DNA from: Octopus sinensis
Lineage: Eukaryota
NCBI RefSeq assembly: GCF_006345805.1
Contig: NC_042999.1
Span: 84,506,001-84,570,000, forward strand
Direction: 5' to 3'
DNA: 64,000 bases
Made by a program: the position numbers and the translations under genes
Notes under the pieces: model-generated
Database searches by the model: none
Seen by the model: only the letters and a program-made list of their open reading frames with translations
What the model was told of the DNA's origin: nothing
Part shown: positions 40,549 to 54,479 of the stretch, in pieces
Position numbering within the stretch: the first letter of the stretch is position 1
Layout: each line of letters opens with the position of its first letter

Positions 40549-43461
40549 ATATATATATATAAACACACTCTTATCTATATGGTAAAAGTGTAAAATAGAG
40601 AATGATGCGTTAGGATATATAGATTTCGTGGACAAAACATCGAGTAAAAACCAAAATTAATAGAGGAAGACATAAATGCAGAATGTAAAATCGATTCCTC
40701 GCACTTCGGAAGTTCTTACCCAGCAATCTATAGGGCGTGCCTATAATGTCCGTTGGCAAGATTCGGGACAGAATACTGGAAAATATGTTGAAGAAAATTC
40801 CTAGTTAAGTTGACAATATGTTATTATATTCGGTTTCTTCGGAATATCGAGTGTGATTTCACCGTCTTGCTTTCTTGACACCTTAATAACTGTATGATAG
40901 ATATAATACTAAAACTAATGCAAATTCTGCCTACGATTCGTCCATGGTATATTAACAGGTACTGAAAACTAGAGCTTCTACATCAATGGCTGATTCACGT
41001 TATTTTCTTTTTTTCTATTTTACTCTAATGCCAGTCTTTATACAATTCCATGACTTTGTAGAATTACTAGTGTTAATTATTCTGCTGCCGTATTACAAAT
41101 AAGCAGTTTTCGCCGCATTGGAATTTAACTCAGTGTATTTTAGTCATTTGTCAACCGAAGCCAGCAATGTTACTATCTCATTCTTGGGCATATGCCACGC
41201 AGAGTCAACAATACAACCAGCTAAGAGGGAGACAGCCAGAACAAATAAGGGAGTCTCAATATTTTCGGTCGATCTGTGAAAAATGGTAGGCAACATTTTT
41301 TCAAATTCTAATTTATTTCTTAAATAAAATTTGATGGGTAATGTGTAACTGTATTCTTTGTGTAGCTGAAAAATATGTAATAAATATAACTAAAATGCGT
41401 TTGGTTTTGCGCATATTTAATCAAGGCTGATTTCAGGCTGAAGGAAAACAAATCACCCCTATAAAAAGTACAGTTCAAGGAAATCCTCTTATGTTTCTGT
41501 ATTTTCAAGCGTATTGAAGTTGATATTTAATTGAAATGTCTTAAACCGACATAGAACCGTTATTTATTATTATTGCAGTTCTGTGTTGTTCGAACAAGTA
41601 TTTCGCTTTCTTTTTTTGCTGGACTCGAAAATGTCCATGGACACAGTGAGCGAAAACAGTTATGAACTCTATTTTCTCTATTTTTGTGTGCTAACTGCAA
41701 ATGAAATAAAGCAAGCAAGGCGGCAAACGCAGTATATATAAATTGATTAGGAAATGATGGATGCACTTACGCCCGTTCAGTTTACGAGCTGTCAGCAATT
41801 TTTGCAATTTATAATTTAATCTCTACCTCGATATAAATAATAATAATGATGATTGTAATAATGAAATTGATATTATTAAATATAAACCTTCTTAATCAAT
41901 AATAACAATCTTTATAGTTTCATTACAACACTATCATCAGTATTATATTATAACAAGAATATAAATAAAAACTGTAAAACTAAACTCTAAATCTAAAGGC
42001 ACTTTCTAATAGCATATATGTTTGAATATGTACAAAGTTATGTCCTTCCATGAGTAATTATTCTGTGATGTGAATGCTCTACTTGCAGTTTAAAAGAACA
42101 TACGCTGAAGTAGATGTTCAAATTTACCCTGAGTGAAGCAGTAAAACTGCAAATTGTATTATACCACATGACTAGACACATTCTTCTATCACTAGACCAT
42201 CGCCTAGACACTTTGAAAAGTCAATCTTTTCTTTCTGTAATATCGATGACAAAAATCTCCTATGAATTATATTTACGAATGAATACACCATATCTGTATC
42301 AAGTTTTTCAACAATAGTGCTATCAAATCTACTTGCAGACGCAGTAACATGGCAAATTCTTTCTATATGCCCCTGACCACACAAATTGAGCTCCTTAGAA
42401 AGAAATGTTGAAGTACTTCCTGTATAACAAAATGAAAATGCGAAAATACTGTGAAACTTCACTACCTTACAGGCCAGCATGATATACCTGACATTTTTCA
42501 TGCAAAAAAACTTACAATAGTGTGATGATTATTGACAAAGCAATGCTGAAATGTTATAATGTTATGCATAAGTGAGTTGAAGAGAAGCATAATTACAATG
42601 GCGTATCTATTGAATTTGATGCATTATAACAGGTAAGTAATGTGTCCATCATGCCATTTGTAAGTAATACAAATGGGTTGATATAGAATAACATCGTTAG
42701 GCTATAGACATAGGCACCTACCAGAAGGAGCAATACTACGGTCAATAAATTTTGTTGTTTCCATATATCAAATACTGCATGCACGGAAGTAGATGACGAA
42801 AAATCTCAACAAAGTGAGGGCATTGCAGGACTCGAACTTCAGATCTTGAGACGCAGCACAAAACTAGATCTTAACCAATGATAATTTACAAAAACATATA
42901 ATGATGTAGAATACAAGTGATTGCAGAAAATTTGTAAAGTGAAAGGAAATAACCAATCATATTTTGTCTGGTTCCGAATTTTCTGACAACAGAATATTTT
43001 AGACATACACGATTGCTCGAAAATTAATAAACTGGAAATTATTAAAATTAGGTAGAATGTACAGAAAAGATATGTTTTTTAGCATGTCTTTACAGGAATA
43101 TGTGATGAAGAATTTTACTTTATTTCCTATCGTAATTATTAGAATACGATACGAACTGTTTCTGCATTGCTTTACTTCACTGATGCAATTTTAATTAGCA
43201 CAGACCATCCACTAATCAGTACAATTATGTCACGTTTCATGTATTCTTCACAAAAGAAACAAGACGATATTACACAAAATCTTAGACCAGCTTTAAAATA
43301 TTGTAAGCTATTCAGCTAGTCATATGATAGACGCGTTGTTAGTTTAAAGTTTAACTATCACATTAAGAAATTATCTCATCTCCGAAATTGATAATCTGAA
43401 GCAATTAGATTTATATATATACAAGTGCATACACGTTAGAACAGATATACACACGTACATG

Positions 43462-43570
<109 letters not shown>

Positions 43571-43614
43571 CGCGGGTATGTATATATGCATATATATTTA
43601 GGCACACATATACA

Positions 43615-43812
43615 TACAAGGGCATGCTGTAAAGTTCCTGCGAGAGGCCTGATTGAAGGCCCAAACTTTCGAGTTCTTTTCAGGCTTTAGAAAAGCTGAA
43701 GGACAACTGCAGTATGTGAATCTGAGAGACGAATATGTTAAAATCATAATTAGCTGATCCTCGAGTATTTACTTTTAGCCAAAGCCAGAACCGTTTCAGT
43801 ACCTCCCTCGTA
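43615..43812. mobile_element. Mariner-type MITE
   Basis: Imperfect TIRs TACAAGGGCATGCTGTAAAGTTCCTG and reverse complement TACGAGGGAGGTACTGAAACGGTTCTGG, with TA at both ends. Confidence 0.6.
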
Positions 43813-43831
43813 CATACATACATACATACAT

Positions 43832-43863
<32 letters not shown>

Positions 43864-43883
43864 ACACAAATATATATATATAT

Positions 43884-43948
<65 letters not shown>

Positions 43949-44005
43949 TATATTATATATATATATATATATACACTCACACAAAGGGTGAGATGGCTAA
44001 ATTGT

Positions 44006-44322
44006 CGCTGGTAAGTTAATTTTAAAAAAACAACCGTTAACAGTTATAATGTCAAAGACAATTTATACAAAGAGGAGGAGGAAGAATGAAATCAGAAGAA
44101 AACTAAAAGTGGAGAAACATAGTGCGGTAGGTGAATAGGAATAAAGGAATAATATATCTAGTTCCACGTCTTTAATCTTTATTCTTATTCACCTATCGCA
44201 CTATATCTCTCCACTTCTAGTGTTCTGCTAATTTCAATCTTCCTCTTCCTTCTCCTTCTATAAATTGCCTTTGGCATTATATCTATTAAGGGTTTTAAAA
44301 ATTTTTAACTAACTTACTAGCG
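44006..44322. repeat. About 317-bp diverged palindrome (foldback/MITE-like)
   Basis: Left arm ATAATGTCAAAGACAATTTATA...GGTGAATAGGAATAAAG versus reverse complement of right arm ATAATGCCAAAGGCAATTTATA...GGTGAATAAGAATAAAG. Confidence 0.75.
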
Positions 44323-44701
44323 TTCCCTTCATTATATATGCAGTAATCACATTCGGTTAAAATGTCTTATTGATGCGTTTTGTTTCTATTTTTTCGCTAA
44401 TGAGAAGATTGCATTGTCTTGCATAATTTTATTCCTCCTGGAATAATACTAATGTTTTCTTCGAAACATGTCGGAAGTATAAAGATTTGAATAATACATG
44501 CGTTCAACTCCATTTATTTATCTATGTAATACAAAAACATTTCACCAAAACCTGAAATTTCTTTATATTAGGCTTTTACATCCTTGGTACTTACGTGAAT
44601 TTTGGGTAGCTTGTAACTATTTTTTTTTTCGTGTTATTTGAAAAAATACACATACATTCTTATATATATAGAAACATACACATATATATACACATACATT
44701 T

Positions 44702-44748
<47 letters not shown>

Positions 44749-46169
44749 TGGCATACAATTCATGCACAAATTGTAACGCATCAATTTATCGAACCCATAT
44801 GCTTCTTTCAGATTATTAATTATGCAAGTCTAGGCTCATGTCGTGAAATAAATCTGCGAATGGCCTTGGAACTAGACTTTGTCCCTATGGACTTATTCGG
44901 CGACGAGAGAAATTTGTATATCTACAGTGGCAATTCTAGAGACAATGCAAGCAAACAGCGCTACTATCGAAAGCAGGAAATAGCTTTAACATACACTGCA
45001 TACATTACGTCGAATACTTTCAATGCAAATTGAAACAAAGAATTGCCTGTAACCAAAACACGAGGTACGCCCTTGCTTGTACAGTGAATGCAATCTATAA
45101 AAATAAGATTACCTAAATGTACAATAGTAATGAAATAATGTTGGTCGATTTTATCAGCTATACCAAAATCCGCTTTAATCATTCTGGTTGATTCTATCTG
45201 AAAAGGGTCAATAAGTTATATTTGTTCATAAATACGTCTTTCATATTTAAGTCAGATGACTCCCGATTTCCGAGGATTTGAAATGAAAATATTTTGTTTT
45301 TGTTCTCATATCAAGAGACTTAGACGAGATAAATATGAGTATTTAATTTAAATCAGTCATAGATTTGACTTAGTGTGTACTTAGCTCTGCTCTATGACAC
45401 AAACCACACAGAAGGCAGCAAATTATATCTCAAGTGGTGGCAAACATATACGAAGTCTCACATATTTTTCAATAACAGATGATAAAATGATATGAGCGAG
45501 AAACTTCTGACAGATAACATATAATATATTGAAGGAGAGGCTGAAAATAGCTCTGCAACGTCTGGGATGGAAATAAAATTATATTTCTACGTCTTTTTTA
45601 TCAGTCGGTCTAAATACAACCAATCTGACTTCCGTCTGGTACTTTATTTATATATCTAACAATCTAATGCTCTCTCATTCTTTCTCTCAATCCCCATCTT
45701 TCTTTCTCTCTCTCTCTCTTTCTTTCTTTCTCTCACATACATACACATGCACACATACAGACAGACAAATATGCTCACACATATGTCATTGTCTTTCCTG
45801 TATAATCGTATCTGTATTTATGAACTTGCTCACACACACACATTCAAACGCATACAGGCTTCCATAATTATATTTGTTATTGTTCAGCTGATATACACAT
45901 ATATGAAGTACACAAAAATGTGTACATATAAGTACACTATACGCATACATATAAATGTATATTAGATATGTATGAAGAGAGGAGAGACAGAGAGCACCGG
46001 AAAGAGTGAGAGAGGATCAAAGATGGCTGATAAAGCATGTGAGTGCACTCTAAACACTTTTGAATATATTTCACCACTTAATTTTTCAAATAGTCCAAGT
46101 CTTTATGCATAGATTTGATAATATTAGTCACTTGTTACATTACATTCATCGATATTTAAATGAGGACGA

Positions 46170-46365
46170 AAGTGGCGAACTGAGCACACCGGGTAAAATG
46201 CTTAGCGACATTGCACCTGTCTTTACGTTCTAAGTTCAGATTCCGTCGAGGTCGACTCTGCCTTTCATTTTTGGTGGGTCGATAAACTGAGGTCGTTGTA
46301 GTTGACTTGCACTCTCCATCAAAATTGCTGGCCTTGTGCGAAAATTCGAAATCAGTATTTCAATT
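46170..46365 (+). mobile_element. SINE family B
   Basis: Diverged match. Confidence 0.7.
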
Positions 46366-46392
46366 AGAATATGATTTGAAATTATTCTAGTC

Positions 46393-46430
<38 letters not shown>

Positions 46431-46983
46431 GTATACTTAAATACATATACATACATACAGATACACACACACATATATATACATATATACTACACTAAAT
46501 GTGATCCATTGGGTCACCAGGAAAGTCTGAGTTTCCCAGCACATAATTGGTATTTCGGATCCTTTATCGCAAATAGCATTTATGTGGTAGAAGAGCGTGT
46601 TAGAAATAACAGCTAAATCTTTGGAAATGAGATACGCTGAATGAACTCGAAAAACGTTATTTCAAATCGGGGTTACGAACTGGTCTTTCACGGAACATTT
46701 ATGCCAAAAACAGTTTTTGTAATGATATTCTCTTGAAAATAATTTTACAAACATTAAAATCTTGTCTGTTAAAAGAAACCTAAAATATAAATACAAACTT
46801 ACATTTTTGCAATCACATTCACTTAAAAATATTTATGAATGATAAAAATATTGTGTTTAACAAAAGCTAAAATAGAAACATTTACTGTAAAAAGACAAAT
46901 TACATGTTTTCGTTGTCAAGTCACTGTCTAATAGAAAGGTAAGAGTTACTTCCCTTTCAGGATTAAGTTAATTTCCTTGCAGT

Positions 46984-47125
46984 ATGATGAGCTATGCGAA
47001 ACCGGTCCTTACTTCAATTATGCTGAAAGAACAAAACCTTATTTTGTACAAAAATGTATATCTTTATTATCATGGCTCTAATATATTCTTAAATCCTGTA
47101 AAACAATCTTCTGTGATTTTCATCT

Positions 47126-47130
<5 letters not shown>
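46984..47130 (+). mobile_element. PLE-type short element with minimal hammerhead motif at 46984-47010
   Basis: ATGATGA-GC-tat-GC-GAAA-CCGG-TC: palindromic helix III ACCGGT and GUC site, with C3 mutated and weak helix I. The 3' end abuts (CT)n(TA)n. An inverted homologue lies at 49445-49596. Confidence 0.6.
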
Positions 47131-47159
<29 letters not shown>

Positions 47160-47160
47160 G

Positions 47161-47246
<86 letters not shown>

Positions 47247-47433
47247 TATGCAGCGTTTTAGGTATTTGCACCACGGAAAACCCTTAATATCTTCACAACT
47301 TATCCGATTACGCGAAATTTGTTTCATATATTTACTTTCAAGGGGCAGTTAATTCATAGTATTTTCTGCATTATGCGCCAGTTTGGCTCAGTAACATTGC
47401 AAGCAAATAAACAAGATTCAGTCTGACTTTTAA

Positions 47434-47489
<56 letters not shown>

Positions 47490-47490
<1 letters not shown>

Positions 47491-47657
47491 GCGTAGGAGT
47501 GGCTGTGGGTAAGTAGCCTGCTTACCAACCACATTGTTCCGGGTTCAGTCCCACTGCGTGGCATCTTGGGCAATTGTCTTCGGCTATAGCTTCGGGCCGA
47601 CCAATGCCTTTTGAGTGGATTTGGTAGACGGAAACTGAAAGAAACCTGTCGTATATA

Positions 47658-47692
<35 letters not shown>

Positions 47693-47890
47693 GTGTATAT
47701 GTTTGTGTGTCTGTATTTGTTCCCCTAGCATTACTTTACGTCCCCGTCACTTAGCGGTTCGGTAAAAGAGAGCAATAGAATAAGTACTGGGCTTACAAAG
47801 AATAAGTCCTGGGGTCGATTTGCTCGAGTAAAGGCGGTGCTCCAGCATGGCCGCAGTCAAATGACTGAAACAAGTAAAAGAGTAAAAGAG
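47490..47890 (+). mobile_element. SINE family A, full length
   Basis: As for the 20535 copy. Confidence 0.9.
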
Positions 47891-48481
47891 TATATACATA
47901 TCTATATACCTACATTCATACACACACACATATATATATACATATACACACATTCATACACAAATATACATATGCGTGTGTGTGGTGTGTGTGTGTGTGT
48001 GTGTGATGGTTAATTATGCATATATTGTTGTTAATAATTTTATCAAGGAATACTTCTCGTTGCAGTCAATGTAGGAAGGTTGAATGAATGACGCTGGAAT
48101 TTTCATGTTCACAATGGGTAAAATAAAATAAAAAAGTATTTTTGAAAATCAATATCAATAATTTGTGCTCTGGGTAAGGTTCTCGGTATTCAAGGTGACT
48201 TCTCTTTAAGAAAAACATTCAGAGAACGTCTTGACATACTTTAATATAGATTTCACTGGTGTGTACATATGTATGTTGCTGTATACGAGGGTTATATATG
48301 TACGTGCTGAAATATAGCAGTGTTATACGTGTATGAATAATGTATATGACGATAACATTACACACTGCCATAGTTTCTGCTAAGGAGTATTTCATTTAAA
48401 GAAGAAAACTTCTCACCGATTTTGTGCTTGCCGTTATATTCGCTCAACCGCCTACTATCACAAACACACTTAAAAACATAT

Positions 48482-48539
<58 letters not shown>

Positions 48540-48614
48540 CATATATTTAACTACATAAATACACTACTCTCAATTCTTTCTCTCTTTCTGTCTCTCTCTC
48601 TCTCTCTCTCTCTC

Positions 48615-48656
<42 letters not shown>

Positions 48657-48984
48657 TCATATATTTTCAGCTATTATATATTTTCGTCTTACGATCATCA
48701 CAATTGGTTGACAGCAGAAAATTTATTTCCGGTTTAGCTGTGCATCAGCTGTAATAGCAGGACTACTTTAAGGTCAAACATCCTGAAAAATTGTGTTCTT
48801 GATTGCTGCACTTGTAATTTGCACAGAGAAAATTTGGAAACATTCCACCATACATAACAATGCGATACCCTTTCCCATACAGTCACCCTACAACCCACAG
48901 TTTTGTGAACATGTTCTAATTTTTACTTGTAACTTGAAGTTTATTTACAATGAGTTTTTTTGTCCAGCTGTCAGTATATTTGTC

Positions 48985-49283
48985 GCATGGAGAATAGTGG
49001 TTAGGGCAGCGGACTCGCGGTTGTAGGATCGCAGTTTCGATTCGCAGACAGGGCGTTGTGTTTATTGAGCGAAAACACCTAAAGCTCCACGAGGTTCCGG
49101 CAGGGGGTGGTGGTGATCCTTGCCGTACTCTTTCACCACAACTTTCTCTCACTCTTTCTTCTGTTGGCCTGCTCGTTTAGCCAGCGGGATGGCGTCATTT
49201 GGAGGCTGAAACAATGCGAAGCGCATTGTGACCAGCGATGTGTAGCAACATCTGGTAGCCTGGTCGGTCACGGTGATCACGGT
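48985..49283 (+). mobile_element. SINE family C with alternative tail
   Basis: Same head/body (TTTATTGAGCGAAAACACCTA...AGCTCCACGAGG), different 3' 100 bp. Confidence 0.8.
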
Positions 49284-49284
49284 G

Positions 49285-49321
<37 letters not shown>

Positions 49322-49338
49322 TATCCATATACATATAC

Positions 49339-49398
<60 letters not shown>

Positions 49399-49444
49399 TA
49401 CTACATATACATATACATATACATATATATATATATAGAGAGAG

Positions 49445-49596
49445 AGAGATAAGATGAAAAATCACAGAAGATTTGGTTTTACAGGATTTAAGAATATATT
49501 AGACCAATCTCAATTAAAATATACAATTTTGTACAAAATAAGGTTTTGTTCTTACTGCATAATTGAAGTAAGGACAAGTTTAGCATTGCTCATCAA
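49445..49596 (-). mobile_element. Second, more decayed copy of the 47.0-kb HHR element
   Basis: Reverse complement aligns by eye to 46984-47130 (TCCTTACTTCAATTATGC...CTAATATATTCTTAAATCCTGTAAAAC). The motif is decayed to TTGATGA-GC-aat-GC-TAAA-CTTG-TC. Confidence 0.7.
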
Positions 49597-49734
49597 ACCG
49601 AGAGTTGAAAGAGATAAATTGCTAGGAAGGCAAAATATTGCTAGGAGAGATAATTGTTCACGCATATATTTTGCAGTAAAGAGGAGATAAATCTGTATTT
49701 GTTTCGTCTTTTTGTGTTCTCTGCTTTATATATA

Positions 49735-49990
49735 CATTGGATTTTACTCAAAGGATATTGGAATATTGCATATATATACCATTATGCCCATATAACGGAT
49801 TTACATCTTCAATACCCATACATATCTTACATCTATTTTCTTTCCTCCACCTCACTCTCTATTTTGTATCACATCTAAACTAACTATGACTTAATTTTCC
49901 TCTCCGTCTCCGATGATGTGATATTATTAATCAATATCCTAGAAACAGCTGTAAGACCTATATATAAATGCTCTAATATCTATACAGCCT
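49735..49990 (+). mobile_element. Penelope-like element 3' end: C-terminus of GIY-YIG region followed by hammerhead motif (49906-49957)
   Basis: Frame reads RILEYCIYIPLCPYNGFTSSIPIHIL, resembling PLE ORF ends (ILESLxI...PxLN...SxPL). It is followed by GTCT-CCGATGA-(TGTGATATT/AATATCCTA helix II)-GAAA-CAGCTG-TA-AGAC. Confidence 0.65.
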
Positions 49991-50726
49991 TGGTTTTTTT
50001 TAATCTTATCACGCAAAAAATTCTTATATACACACACTGACATAGAACCGACGTTGAACCCTTTATTCGCAATATTACCGAATTTGGAACTTAACTTTGG
50101 TCTGTCTATAACACCTATTCAGCATTATCCGACAACTTTGGGTCTCAATGACACCATTAACTTACGGACACTTGTATATGTACACACATATACACATATA
50201 TAAATGCAAGCGTACATATACACACGCACACATTCATACACACACATGTGTATACATAAATATATACACACAGACATATATTAATATATATATATATATA
50301 ATAGTGTACATATAAACACAAGAGAAATTACCTTTAACAAGTAATTTTAGACGCTAGAAGAAGCAGTCAAAACGATCGAAACCACACTTAAGAGCTATTT
50401 CGAAGGGAATGGAAAATAAAAGCCTTTACCTTGCTACTTTTTACGGTTATATATATAAACACACGAGCATTTATATATATATACGAAAGCGCGTGCGCGT
50501 ACATAAACACGGTTATATATAAATCTATGCACTAATGTGAAAGGGTTATTATTGCTTTCAAATATTTACTTACAATAGCAAGATAGCTGTTCACACGTTT
50601 CCTTCATATAAAAATACATGCATATGCAAAACTTATTCAGTTACACACTTTGACACATACGCACCCGCATACATGTACATACACACATACACTCACACAC
50701 ACGCAGTCATATTCATATATGTATAT

Positions 50727-50782
<56 letters not shown>

Positions 50783-51473
50783 CATATATTTATACACATA
50801 CATACACACACACACATATATATGTATATATGCATGTATGTATATATATATAATATATATATATATATGTGTGTGTGTTGTGTGTGTGTGTGTGTGTTTT
50901 CTTTCTGTGCACTTCTGGACTTTCGGGTGCCTTAAAAGTTATATTAGTTAGCAGTTATACCGAAATAGGTTTCTACTAAAGTATATGTTTTGTGAGGTTA
51001 CTGAAAGTACTAGCAGCTTATTATATTTGTATTTTGACATTTTTAGTAAGCATAATTTTCGTGTCCTACCATTTCGCTGTTAAAACGGTCAGCAAGAAGG
51101 ATATAATAGATAATCAGTGTCATATGACTTAAGTGTAATTCAATCTATTTATCTATTTTTCGCCATAGAAATGCATTTTACTTCTACAGAAACGTATTGA
51201 ACATGCATACATAAATACATACACACATACATATACGCATACTTATATTCATACATGCATGCATACATACATATGTATATGTGTGTATTTGCGTACGTAC
51301 AGACACACACGCACACATATATATTCACACATACGCAAACAAACACGCACATATACACAAACTCATCGACACTTCTAGATATACACACTAACATGAATTA
51401 ATATTCACATACAAACATGCATATATATATATATATATGTATGCTTAGATGCATATGTATACATATGTATATA

Positions 51474-51546
<73 letters not shown>

Positions 51547-51592
51547 TATATATATATTATACACATATATACTTATATATACATATATATGT

Positions 51593-51823
51593 AAGGCGGC
51601 GAGCTGGCAGAAACGTTAGCACGACGGGCGAACTGCTTCGCAATATTTCTTTTGCCGTTACGTTCCGAGTTCAAATTCCGCCGAGGTCGACTTTGCCTTT
51701 CATCCTTTCGGGGTCGATTAAATAAGCACCAGTTACGCACTGGGGTCGATCTAATCGTCTTAATCCGTTTGTCTGTCCTTGTTTGTCCTTTCTATATTTA
51801 GCCCCTTGTGGGTAGTAAAGAAA
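51593..51823 (+). mobile_element. SINE family B, full length
   Basis: AAGGCGGCGAGCTGGCAGAAACGTTAGCAC...; close to the 9954 copy including the tail. Confidence 0.9.
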
Positions 51824-51840
51824 TATATATATACATATAA

Positions 51841-51878
<38 letters not shown>

Positions 51879-53015
51879 TTACAAGGTGAGCAAGATATAT
51901 ATATATTATATATATATATATATATATGAAATATACATTCACATTATGAGGCGTAATAGAACATACAGCAGGCCACCATGTATCAGGTATATGACCCATC
52001 TACTTCCAGAACTCAAATAATTTGTGCCATCACCTCTCCATTAGTAAAGCAACAGTATCGTTATTCGCACGCATCGAGAGCAAAAATACAGCTAAAGCGA
52101 TAATTTAGCAACAAACGGTTGTAAAACAGGCAATATCCCTTCATCAGTATGCTAAGAAATGTGTAACCTATCCAACTAATTATCTAGACATCTAAACTGT
52201 TTCCTGCCATGTTTGTTTTATTTCTTTATTCTTTTTGTTTTTATTATATTACTGCATCGTACGTTAATCAAGTTAAATATTCATAAATATAACATTCTTA
52301 ACGAATAAGTAGGTGAGAATCCGCTGAGTTTCAGATATAAAAATGTTAAGTCAACATTTTATGTTCTGTTATTGTCATTATATTTGAGTGTGTTAGTGCG
52401 ATTGGTTCTGAATATGAATGTATGAGTATGTATTTTGTGTATATATAAGTGTGCAGAGGTGTTACTGGTTACTTTTTATGTTCTTTTGTTACCCGATCAT
52501 AAAGAAACAAAACATCTAGCTTATGTTCTATTGCACCACACTGTTTCCTTTAATCACATTAAAAGAGCTTTAAAGGTAAGCGGAATTTCGACTTCTTGGT
52601 TTTCAGCAATTTTTCTTCCAGAGTGAAAAAGAAGTCAGTATTTTTATCAGTCTATATTCTGGGTTTTTTTGTAATGCTTGTTGAAGGAAATGTGCATTAG
52701 TTATATTTATATGACATCTCCTAAGGCGTAAATATCAGACACCGTATTTTCCTTCCGACATACATTATCACATTTATATATTTTACAAATATCAATTTTA
52801 TTTAATTATTTAGAAAAGAAAAAACATTTCACGAAATATCACTAGCTATTCCGGGTAATATTCTAACACATGCTTTACATTAATGAGTTAAGACAATCTC
52901 CTTAGGGTTTCCTCCTCACTATCCTACAGCAATTATAAATGTATATTTATATATTTTGAGTAAATTAAAGCATAAAAAATATGTTTCCTGTCAAACATTC
53001 CTCAATTAGACGTAC

Positions 53016-53148
53016 CAACTGATTCGAACACCCAAAGTAGTAAACACACTTGAATATGTAAATCAAATGTGTTTTCACTTCTTCAAAACAGCACACAGGA
53101 TACTTCAAACAACGAGACATCGTCATACCCTGCTGTTCGATGGGGGCA
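53016..53148 (-). CDS. Candidate host exon, unidentified product
   Basis: Pyrimidine-rich CTTAG acceptor, 133-nt open frame APIEQQGMTMSRCLKYPVCCFEEVKTHLIYIFKCVYYFGCSNQL, GTACGT donor. No recognised homology, so it could be chance. Confidence 0.2.
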
Positions 53149-53195
53149 CTAAGATTGAGATTAAAGAGCTGAGCTTAAATTGTCTTCCCTCTCTC

Positions 53196-53257
<62 letters not shown>

Positions 53258-53259
<2 letters not shown>

Positions 53260-54231
53260 CATGCTTGAGTCCTATAGCAGTAAACAAACCAATCACATCT
53301 TTACAATAACACAGATCATTAATACTTTCATAGTAAATTCCAAATTCTTCATGGTGTTTCCAGTACACAGATGTCTTGCAGTCTTCCTCCAGTAGCTTCC
53401 ATTCCTTCAACCTTGATGAAAGAAGTTCAGCTCCTGACTTAGTAAGACCCAGACCTCTGATTAAATCATTTAGCCTACTCTGATTTGGAAAGTGAGGTTC
53501 CGAAGTCGTTCTTGGTACGAAAGCTTCCTCCATTTCTTGGCTGTTGCTACTTGTTGACTCTTCAGATGAAATATTTTCTGCTGGTAGTGGTGCTCGTAAA
53601 CTGTCATCATGTGGGGCACGTGCACTAGATGGTAGTATGTCTGGATACTGAAGAGCTTGTCTTCCTTTCACTTCTCTGTACTTTGTCACATTCATCATAC
53701 AAAAGTAACAATCATCGTGATGGTTCTTTGGCTCTCTCCATAGCCTTGGAATGGCAAAAGGCATTGACCTTCCTGTACCTTTTAACCATTCTTCTAGAGT
53801 AGATCGACAGCTTCCAAATATCACATGTGGGGCCCATGGTTTGTCCTGGTCACCCATGGACATTCCTAAATAGAGTCTGTATGCTATACACAATATGGTA
53901 CCTTTCACGATCTTATGTAATACCTGTTTTTTTCCAATATAATAACCACACACATAGGAAAATGTATCTGGAAAATTTTTACATACTCTAGTAGCCATCC
54001 TGAAAATAACAGAACTTAATAATTAGGCTGAAAGAGAAAATTAGACATAAATTTAGTAGCGGAACATTATAACAATACCGAATATATAATAACATTGAAA
54101 GTCGACATATTTTTTTAACTGTTGATGATACTCAAGCAATAATTTCATTTTTGGAATCAGCAGAAAAAATAGATTGATAAACAATTAAAAAATTACAGTA
54201 AATAATTTTTTTTGAAAATTGTTACGTTGTG
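53258..54231 (-). mobile_element. Chapaev-like DNA transposon, left end and N-terminal half of transposase
   Basis: ORF MATRVCKNFPDTFSYVCG...DQDKPWAPH...WREPKNHHDDCYFC...LNDLIRGLGLTKSGAELLSSRL. Putative terminus CACAACGTAAC at 54231. Truncated at a (GA)n(TA)n tract. Family assignment is from memory. Confidence 0.7.
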
Positions 54232-54243
54232 TTATCACTGTAC

Positions 54244-54440
54244 ATTTGGGTATGAGACACGTGTCTGCTAAGTTTGTGCCAAAACTCGGGTTTTATTTGA
54301 ACAAGGTCTCCTTCATTGTGTCGAGAACGATGAAAACATTTTGAAAACTTTACGTAGGCATTTGAGCAGGTATCGCCAAGCTTTTGGCAAACTTTGATGC
54401 AGATTCTCAGCTCAACTTTCACTATTACGGTCAATGCGTC
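54244..54440. mobile_element. Scrambled mariner fragments between the Chapaev halves
   Basis: Plus strand LGMRHVSAKFVPKL (about 54246-54287) and minus strand ELRICIKVCQKLGDTCSNAY (about 54350-54415). Confidence 0.6.
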
Positions 54441-54479
54441 GATCATATGGTACACATATTAATTCCAAGCACTGCTGTA

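Noticed and set aside
44812-45033. 73 open codons after a TTTCAG acceptor
   Set aside because: No recognisable homology or other support.
50351-50396. CTAGAAGA-AGCAGTC...TCGAAACC possible HHR relic
   Set aside because: Helices I and III cannot be formed convincingly.
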